NCBI GenBank assembly: GCA_964658025.1
Contig: CAZZXB010000034.1
Span: forward strand, 1-20,285
Direction: 5' to 3'
Source: an uncultured Janthinobacterium sp.
Lineage (GTDB): Bacteria; Vulcanimicrobiota; Vulcanimicrobiia; Vulcanimicrobiales; Vulcanimicrobiaceae
Length of the DNA stretch: 20,285 bases
The position numbers and the translations under genes are program-made. The notes beneath the pieces were generated by a model. That model ran no database searches. It was given only the letters and a program-made list of their open reading frames with translations, and was not told the DNA's origin. Of the stretch, positions 15,059 through 20,285 are shown piece by piece (the stretch's first letter is position 1; each line of letters starts with the position of its first letter).

Positions 15059-16570
15059 CTAACCGGTCGGCGTGGGGATGCGCTCGAGCGCCTCGATCAG
15101 CGCGTCTGCCGTCGCATGCTCCGGGAGGACGTCGACGACGAATCCCGCGTCGCGCGCGGCGGAGGCGCTCGGTTGGCCGAGACACGCGATCGTTTTCGTC
15201 CGCGCGATCTCCGCGGCGTTGGGGAGATTACGGACGAGTCCGCGGACGGTGCTCGCGCTCGTGAACGTCCAGATGTCGGCGTCGGTCGCGGCCTCGGCGA
15301 TCTCGCGATCGACGACGTCGACGGTCCGGTACACGGCCGCGACGTCGACGCGTCGTCCCGCGTCGCGCAGCGTCTGCGGGATCACGTCGCGCATCGTCTG
15401 CGCGCCCAGGAGCAACACGTCGTCGCCCGGTTTCGTGCGCTCGAGGAGTCCGGCCGCGGCGTGTTCTCCGTCGTAGGTCGTCGGAACGTAATCCGCGCGC
15501 ACGCCGTAGCTCGCGAGGCGTTCCGCGGTTTTCGGACCGATCGCGGCGACCCGCGCCGTGCCGAACCGCCGCGCATCGCCGCCGTCGGCGCCGAGGAGGT
15601 CGAAGCAGGCATCGACGCCGTTCCGGCTCGTGAAGACGACCCAGTCGCGACGGGAGAGCGATCCGACGGCGGCGGCCGCGCGCGCGCCGTCGTCGGGCGG
15701 CTCGATCGCGATCGTCGGAGCGACGACGGGTTGCGCGCCGCGGTCCCAGAGCTTTTCGGCGAAGTCGGTCGCGGCTTCGCGCGCGCGCGTGATCAGCACG
15801 CGTTTGCCGAACAACGGATTGCGATCGAACCAACGGACGCGCTCGCGTTCGCGCACGACGTTTCCGATCACGACGATCGCGGGTGCGGAGAACTGCGTGC
15901 GTTCCACTTCCGCGACGATCGTGTCGAGCGTGGCGACGATCGTCTCTTGCGTCGGGCGCGTGCCTTCGCGCACGATGCCGACGGGCAGGTCGCCCGGCAT
16001 CCCGTGCTCGCGCAGCTTGCCGACGATGCCCGCGAGATTGCCCATCGCCATCAAGAAGACGAGCGTCTGCGTCGGATTCGCGAGCCTCGCATAATCCAGC
16101 GACGAGTACCCTTTCGTCGGGTCTTCGTGCCCGGTCGCGATCGTGAACGACGTGTTGTGATCGCGGTGCGTGATCGGAATGCCCGCATACGCGGGCGCCG
16201 CGATCGCGGACGTGATGCCCGGAACGATCTCGAAGGGGATCCCCGCGTCGTGCAGTTCGGCCGCCTCTTCGCCGCCGCGCGCGAACACGAACACGTCGCC
16301 GCCCTTGAGGCGCACGACCTTACGGCCGTCGCGTCCGAGCTTCACGATGAGCGCCGTGATCTCGTCCTGCGAGAGCGTGTGGCTCCCGGCTTTCTTGCCG
16401 ACGTAGATCTTCTCGCATCCGGCCGGCGCGAGGGCGACGATCGCTTCGGAGGCTAAATAGTCGTAGACCAGGACGTCGCATCCGGCGATCGCGCGAGCGG
16501 CGCGAATCGTCAGCAGGCCGGGATCGCCCGGCCCCGCGCCGACGAGCCAGACCTTACCGGGCGCGCTCAC
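15059..16570 (-). CDS. cobA: Bifunctional uroporphyrinogen-III C-methyltransferase / uroporphyrinogen-III synthase (CobA-HemD)
   Basis: GKVWLVGAGPGDPGLLT and VVRLKGGDVFVFARGGEEA, then a HemD domain (PLFGKRVLITRA, VFTSRNGV, AIGPKTA, FTSASTV). The GTG at 16570 overlaps the hemA stop (GTGA). Confidence 0.93.
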   Translation of the reverse strand: MSAPGKVWLVGAGPGDPGLLTIRAARAIAGCDVLVYDYLASEAIVALAPAGCEKIYVGKKAGSHTLSQDEITALIVKLGRDGRKVVRLKGGDVFVFARGGEEAAELHDAGIPFEIVPGITSAIAAPAYAGIPITHRDHNTSFTIATGHEDPTKGYSSLDYARLANPTQTLVFLMAMGNLAGIVGKLREHGMPGDLPVGIVREGTRPTQETIVATLDTIVAEVERTQFSAPAIVVIGNVVRERERVRWFDRNPLFGKRVLITRAREAATDFAEKLWDRGAQPVVAPTIAIEPPDDGARAAAAVGSLSRRDWVVFTSRNGVDACFDLLGADGGDARRFGTARVAAIGPKTAERLASYGVRADYVPTTYDGEHAAAGLLERTKPGDDVLLLGAQTMRDVIPQTLRDAGRRVDVAAVYRTVDVVDREIAEAATDADIWTFTSASTVRGLVRNLPNAAEIARTKTIACLGQPSASAARDAGFVVDVLPEHATADALIEALERIPTPTG

Positions 16571-17916
16571 TCCGCGAGATCGGTCTCGAGCGTCGCTTCG
16601 GCGCGCGCGCGGGCACGTGCCGACGACGCCTCGTCGCTGCGAACGCGCAAATCGAAGAGCTCGTCGAGAAGCGATGCGTACGTGAGCGCTTCGGCGTGAT
16701 TCGTCGACGCGCGTTCGCGAATCTTCGTCACCGCGCCGTGTAAGAGTTTCGAGACGATCGTGAGCGAGGCGCCCGTCACGAGCATGCGCTCGCGTTCGGA
16801 GAGTTCGGGACAGCGCGAGAAGAGGCGCTCGATCTCGCCGTCGCGGATCGCTTCGGCCTTCTGCACGAGCGAACTCACGACCGGGATCGCGACGCGCGCC
16901 TGATACCACTGCGCGAAGCGCTCGGCGTGTTCGGAGATGATCTCTTCGACGTAGGGGACGGATTCGCGGCGCTTTTCGAGCGTCACGTCGATCACGTCGC
17001 GCAGACGGTCGATGTCGGCGAGTTCGATGCCGGGGATGCGCGCGACGTCGGGATCCACGTCGCGCGGGACCGCGATATCGACGATGAAGAGCTTGCGATC
17101 CGGGCGTCCGAGCATCGCTTCGGCGACGTTCCCGGGACCGAGCACGAAGTGCGACGCGCCCGTCGACGTGACGACGATGTCGGCGCGGCGCAACGCATCG
17201 ACGAGGCCGGGCATCTCCACGACCGTCCCCATGCCGAGCGAGGCGACGACGTCGTGCGCGCGCGCGTGCGAGCGGTTCGCGACGAGTAATTCCGCGCAAC
17301 CCTCGAGCCGGAGGCGTTTCGCCGCCGTCGTCCCCATCTTGCCGGCGCCGACGACGAGGACCGTCTTTCCGGCGAGCTCGCCGAGGTGTTGCTTCGCGAG
17401 ATCGATCGCCGCGGTCGCGACGCTGATCGACTCGCCGCCGATCCGCGTGTGCGAGCGCGCTTCCTTCCCGGCCGAGAGCGCCTCGCGGAAGAGCGCGTGG
17501 AGCGTCTTGCCGAGCGAATGCGCCTTTTGTGCCTGGACGTAGGCGTCTTTGACTTGGCCGAGGATCTCGGCCTCGCCGATCAACATCGAGTCGAGCCCGG
17601 TCGCCACCCGAAAGAGATGGTCCGTGGCCTGCGATCCGAGCAGCGTGTACATGTACGAGGACATGTCGTGCCGGACGTCGCCGTGGCGGAAATTTTTCAG
17701 GAACGAGCGGAGTTGGTCGACGCCCGATTCGTAATCCTCGAGTTCCGCGTAGATCTCGAGCCGGTTGCACGTCGAGAGCATCACGGCTTCCCGAACCATC
17801 TCGTAATCGCGCAGGGCGACGAGCGATTCCGCCATCCGCGAGGCCGGGAACGCATGGCGTTCGCGAACGTCGACGGGAGCCGTGTTATGCGAAAGCCCGA
17901 GGCAGACTAGCGGCAT
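16567..17916 (-). CDS. hemA: Glutamyl-tRNA reductase
   Basis: Motifs GLSHNTAPVDVRE, LSTCNRLEIY (catalytic Cys), GLDSMLIGEAEILGQVK, VGAGKMG and DIAVPRD. SD GGGAGG. Confidence 0.96.
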   Translation of the reverse strand: MPLVCLGLSHNTAPVDVRERHAFPASRMAESLVALRDYEMVREAVMLSTCNRLEIYAELEDYESGVDQLRSFLKNFRHGDVRHDMSSYMYTLLGSQATDHLFRVATGLDSMLIGEAEILGQVKDAYVQAQKAHSLGKTLHALFREALSAGKEARSHTRIGGESISVATAAIDLAKQHLGELAGKTVLVVGAGKMGTTAAKRLRLEGCAELLVANRSHARAHDVVASLGMGTVVEMPGLVDALRRADIVVTSTGASHFVLGPGNVAEAMLGRPDRKLFIVDIAVPRDVDPDVARIPGIELADIDRLRDVIDVTLEKRRESVPYVEEIISEHAERFAQWYQARVAIPVVSSLVQKAEAIRDGEIERLFSRCPELSERERMLVTGASLTIVSKLLHGAVTKIRERASTNHAEALTYASLLDELFDLRVRSDEASSARARARAEATLETDLAE

Positions 17917-18050
17917 TGCGCCTCCCGAAGGTGACCGACGATATCCGAAACCGGGCGCGAACGACCGATTCCGTGTTCCGACGGTGCCATAGTTTTCGGG
18001 ACGGCGACGTGCGCCGGGTCACGGGGCTGCATGGATCTCTTTCGTACCAC
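17917..18050 (-). promoter_or_regulatory. Structured hemA leader with a possible anti-SD switch
   Basis: Nested helices plus a 7-nt segment complementary to the SD-overlapping TTCGGGA. A possible extended -10 (TGGTACGAA) lies near 18041-18049. Confidence 0.3.
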
Positions 18051-18063
18051 GAACGGCCGGCGG

Positions 18064-19371
18064 TTAGCGACGGCTCCCGTCGGAGGTCGCGAGTACGTCC
18101 GCGAGCGCGTCGTCGGCGGCCGCGATCGTTCGATCGATGACGGACGCGTCGTGCGCGAGGCTGAGGAACCCGGCCTCGAATTGGGACGGTGCAAGATAGA
18201 CGCCGCGATCGAGCATTCCGTGAAAGAATCGCGCGTAGCATGCGGTATCGGACCGTTTCGCACTCGCGAGATCGACGACGGGCTCATCCGTGAAGAAAAA
18301 ACCCACCATCGAGCCGCGATGTTGCACCTGATGGGGCAGATCGTGACGCGTGAAGACGGCATCCATCCCCTCGGTAAACCGCCCTCCGGCCCGTTCGAGC
18401 GCGTCGTAGACGCCGGGCTCGCGAAGCGCACGTAACGTCGCCGCACCCGCGGCCATCGCGAGCGGATTCCCCGACAGCGTGCCGGCCTGGAAGACGCGCC
18501 CGTCGGGCGTGAACTCGTCGAGGATCGCGGCGGGACCCGCGACGGCGCCGACGGGGAGCCCGCCGCCCACGATCTTGCCGAGCGTCGTGATGTCCGGAAG
18601 GATCCCCTCGCGCTCCTGGACGCCGCCCGGCGCCACGCGAAACCCCGTCATCACCTCGTCGAAGATCAGGAGCGCGCCGTGGCGCGTGCAGAGCTCGCGG
18701 AGCCCGGCGAGAAACCCCGGTTTCGGGAGGACGAACCCCATGTTGCCGACGTACGGCTCGACGATGACCGCCGCGATATCGGCGCGCGCCGCGAAGGCCG
18801 CCTCGACCGCGCCGAGATCGTTGTACGGCGCGACGATCGTATCCGCGACCGTATTCGCGGGGACGCCCGCGGAATCGGGGACGCCGATCGTGAGCGCGCT
18901 CGAGCCCGCCGAAACGAGGAACGGATCGACGCTCCCGTGGTAGCAACCGGCGAATTTCAGGACGCCGCTGCGGCCCGTGACGCCCCGCGCGAGGCGGAGG
19001 GCGAACATCGTGGCCTCGCTCCCGCTCGAGCAGAATCGGACCTTCTCGGCACTCGGGACCATCGCGACCACGAGCTCGGCGAGCTCGCTCTCGATCTCGG
19101 TCGGCGCGCCGTACGACGTGCCGCGCGTCGCCGCGTCGCGGACCGCCTCGATCACGGCGGGATACGCGTGGCCGAGGATGAGCGGCCCCCACGACATGAC
19201 GTAATCGACGTAGACGTTCCCATCGACGTCGGTCACCTCGCAGCCGCTCCCCGAAGCGAAGAACACCGGTGATCCGCCGACGCCTTTGAATGCTCGGACG
19301 GTCGAGTTCACGCCGCCGGGGATGACGCGGCGCGCCCGTTCGAAAGCGTCGAAGCTGCGGTCGCGTTTCAT
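18064..19371 (-). CDS. hemL: Glutamate-1-semialdehyde 2,1-aminomutase
   Basis: Motifs IPGGVNSTVRAF, YVDYVMSWGPLILGHA, FAGCYHG, LLIFDEVMTGFR, TTLGKIVGGGLPVGA, QAGTLSGNPLAMAAG and YLAPSQFEAGFLS. Start at ATG 19371. Confidence 0.96.
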   Translation of the reverse strand: MKRDRSFDAFERARRVIPGGVNSTVRAFKGVGGSPVFFASGSGCEVTDVDGNVYVDYVMSWGPLILGHAYPAVIEAVRDAATRGTSYGAPTEIESELAELVVAMVPSAEKVRFCSSGSEATMFALRLARGVTGRSGVLKFAGCYHGSVDPFLVSAGSSALTIGVPDSAGVPANTVADTIVAPYNDLGAVEAAFAARADIAAVIVEPYVGNMGFVLPKPGFLAGLRELCTRHGALLIFDEVMTGFRVAPGGVQEREGILPDITTLGKIVGGGLPVGAVAGPAAILDEFTPDGRVFQAGTLSGNPLAMAAGAATLRALREPGVYDALERAGGRFTEGMDAVFTRHDLPHQVQHRGSMVGFFFTDEPVVDLASAKRSDTACYARFFHGMLDRGVYLAPSQFEAGFLSLAHDASVIDRTIAAADDALADVLATSDGSRR

Positions 19372-19380
19372 GGGTTCGGA

Positions 19381-19406
19381 CTTCGGGCGTGCGGGTCGCG
19401 AATCCG
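19381..19406 (-). promoter_or_regulatory. Putative SigH-like promoter of hemL (CGGA-N18-GAAG)
   Basis: Recurrent motif, 9 nt before ATG 19371; no SD present. Confidence 0.4.
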
Positions 19407-19455
19407 TGTCCCACGTCGTAGTAGGGACGGCGGCGATGTGGGAAAGAGGTGTTCC

Positions 19456-19815
19456 ATGAGCGACAAACCGTTCGGCAATACCCTCGACGACCTCGCCGGG
19501 AAGGCCAAAGAGGTCGGCGGCAAACTCTCCGGCGATCGCGGTCTCGTGGTCGAAGGTCAGGTCCAGCAAGTCAAGGCGAGCCTCGGCAAGCTCGCCGACA
19601 CGATGTCGTCCGTGGCGCAAGAGGCGGGCGAGAAGCTCGCGCACGCCGCCGAGACGGTCGGCACCGGCGCCAAGGAGGGCTCGGAGAAGCTCGGCGCGGT
19701 GCTCGGGGATGCGGCGAGCGTCCTCAAGGATGCGGGCGAGAAGCTCTCGGAGAGCGTCGCGACGGGTGCCGAGGCCGCGCAGGCCGCGGCGAAAGGCGTC
19801 TTCGGCAAGAAGTAA
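19456..19815 (+). CDS. CsbD-like / LEA-like stress protein
   Basis: SD GAGGT. The N-terminal LAGKAKEVGGKLSGDRGLVVEGQVQQVK is CsbD-like, followed by Ala/Glu/Lys-rich helical repeats. Confidence 0.8.
   Translation: MSDKPFGNTLDDLAGKAKEVGGKLSGDRGLVVEGQVQQVKASLGKLADTMSSVAQEAGEKLAHAAETVGTGAKEGSEKLGAVLGDAASVLKDAGEKLSESVATGAEAAQAAAKGVFGKK
19630..19746 (+). repeat. Coding repeat with a 54-nt (18-aa) period
   Basis: GAGAAGCTC (EKL) occurs at 19630, 19684 and 19738. Confidence 0.75.
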
Positions 19816-19818
19816 CGG

Positions 19819-20285
19819 TCAGGGCCGACCGTCGATCGCCTCGGCGAAGAACGCGCGGAGGTCGAGATCGAATTCGGGGAGCGCGTCGTGGCGTAATCGT
19901 TCGTCGCCCGAAAGCACGCGCGTTCGATCGGGATCGACGAGCGTCGCCTCTCGCGTTTTCGGGTCGATGACGATCACGAGTCGCGTCCCCGCGCGAAGGT
20001 AGACCGAGATCTTCTCGTCGATGTCGCGCCGGCGGTCGCCGGGCGAGCGAATCTCGATCGCGACCGTGGGCGGAAACGTCGGAATCTCGCGCGCGCTCGG
20101 GACGACGCGCGAGAGGGTCTCGCGATCGACGTAGGCGATGTCGGGAACGAGCGGGCGCCGTACTTCGCCCGGAGGGGCGATGCGGAAGCGCCACTCCGTT
20201 CCGATCTCGCCGCGACCGCGCGCCCACGCATGCAACGCGCTTCCCAGGACGAGCTGCAAGCGCGCGTGCGTCCGCGTCGGACTCA
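19819..20285 (-). CDS. Uma2 (DUF820) family PD-(D/E)xK putative endonuclease, 5' end off the window
   Basis: ...SPTRTHARLQ...GTEWRF...LVPDIAYV...PPTVAIEIRSPGD...KISVYLRAGTRLVIVIDP. The frame stays open to the window edge. Confidence 0.88.
   Translation of the reverse strand, partial: SPTRTHARLQLVLGSALHAWARGRGEIGTEWRFRIAPPGEVRRPLVPDIAYVDRETLSRVVPSAREIPTFPPTVAIEIRSPGDRRRDIDEKISVYLRAGTRLVIVIDPKTREATLVDPDRTRVLSGDERLRHDALPEFDLDLRAFFAEAIDGRP

Noticed and set aside
16571..17770. Apparent N-terminal extension of CobA-HemD (903 aa) that might have been HemC
   Set aside because: It is an alternative frame of hemA with low-complexity Arg-rich sequence and no porphobilinogen deaminase motifs.
19372..19644. 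5' extension of hemL (526-aa ORF)
   Set aside because: Antisense to the CsbD-like gene. HemL homology starts at MKRDRS (19371).
19819..20285. Uma2 gene as a defence system or mobile element
   Set aside because: No methyltransferase, integrase or terminal repeats within the window, and Uma2 genes are commonly scattered paralogues. The right flank is not visible.
1..20285. CRISPR array, IS elements, prophage or compositional island
   Set aside because: No regularly spaced direct repeats, no transposase, integrase or phage genes, and sequence style appears uniform throughout.

Overview
A very GC-rich (about 70% by eye), densely packed bacterial chromosomal segment with about 22 CDS. I found no rRNA, tRNA, CRISPR array or transposase. 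The CGCG/CGATCG-rich style, CTC-dominated Leu codons, a TonB C-terminal-domain protein and a Uma2 gene suggest a diderm soil bacterium such as Eremiobacterota (Vulcanimicrobiota); this is inference only. Gene content in order: OFA-type MFS transporter (partial), crcB plus an SRPBCC-like gene, an uncharacterised secreted protein, a TonB-CTD protein, a YVTN/YncE-phosphoesterase fusion with a small membrane gene, ilvE, a class A beta-lactamase-like hydrolase divergent from an M48-RDD fusion, an orphan BMP lipoprotein, a Pro-rich microprotein, an AI-2E transporter coupled to arginase, an esterase-like protein, a glutaredoxin, a hemL-hemA-cobA/hemD-DUF92 cluster, a CsbD/LEA-like protein and a partial Uma2 gene. 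The most notable observations are: (1) a recurrent nGGn-N18-(G/C)WWn element 9-12 nt upstream of nine start codons that lack a clear SD, suggesting SigH-like, near-leaderless promoters; (2) a blaZ/blaR-like divergent pair with an apparently inactive M48 domain and a 12-bp palindrome between the genes; (3) three proteins with degenerate active or binding sites; (4) structured intergenic RNA candidates, including a pseudoknot and a hemA leader with an anti-SD switch; (5) DUF92 inside a tetrapyrrole cluster that lacks hemB and hemC; (6) abundant HIP1 octamers. All family assignments come from motif recognition, not database searches.
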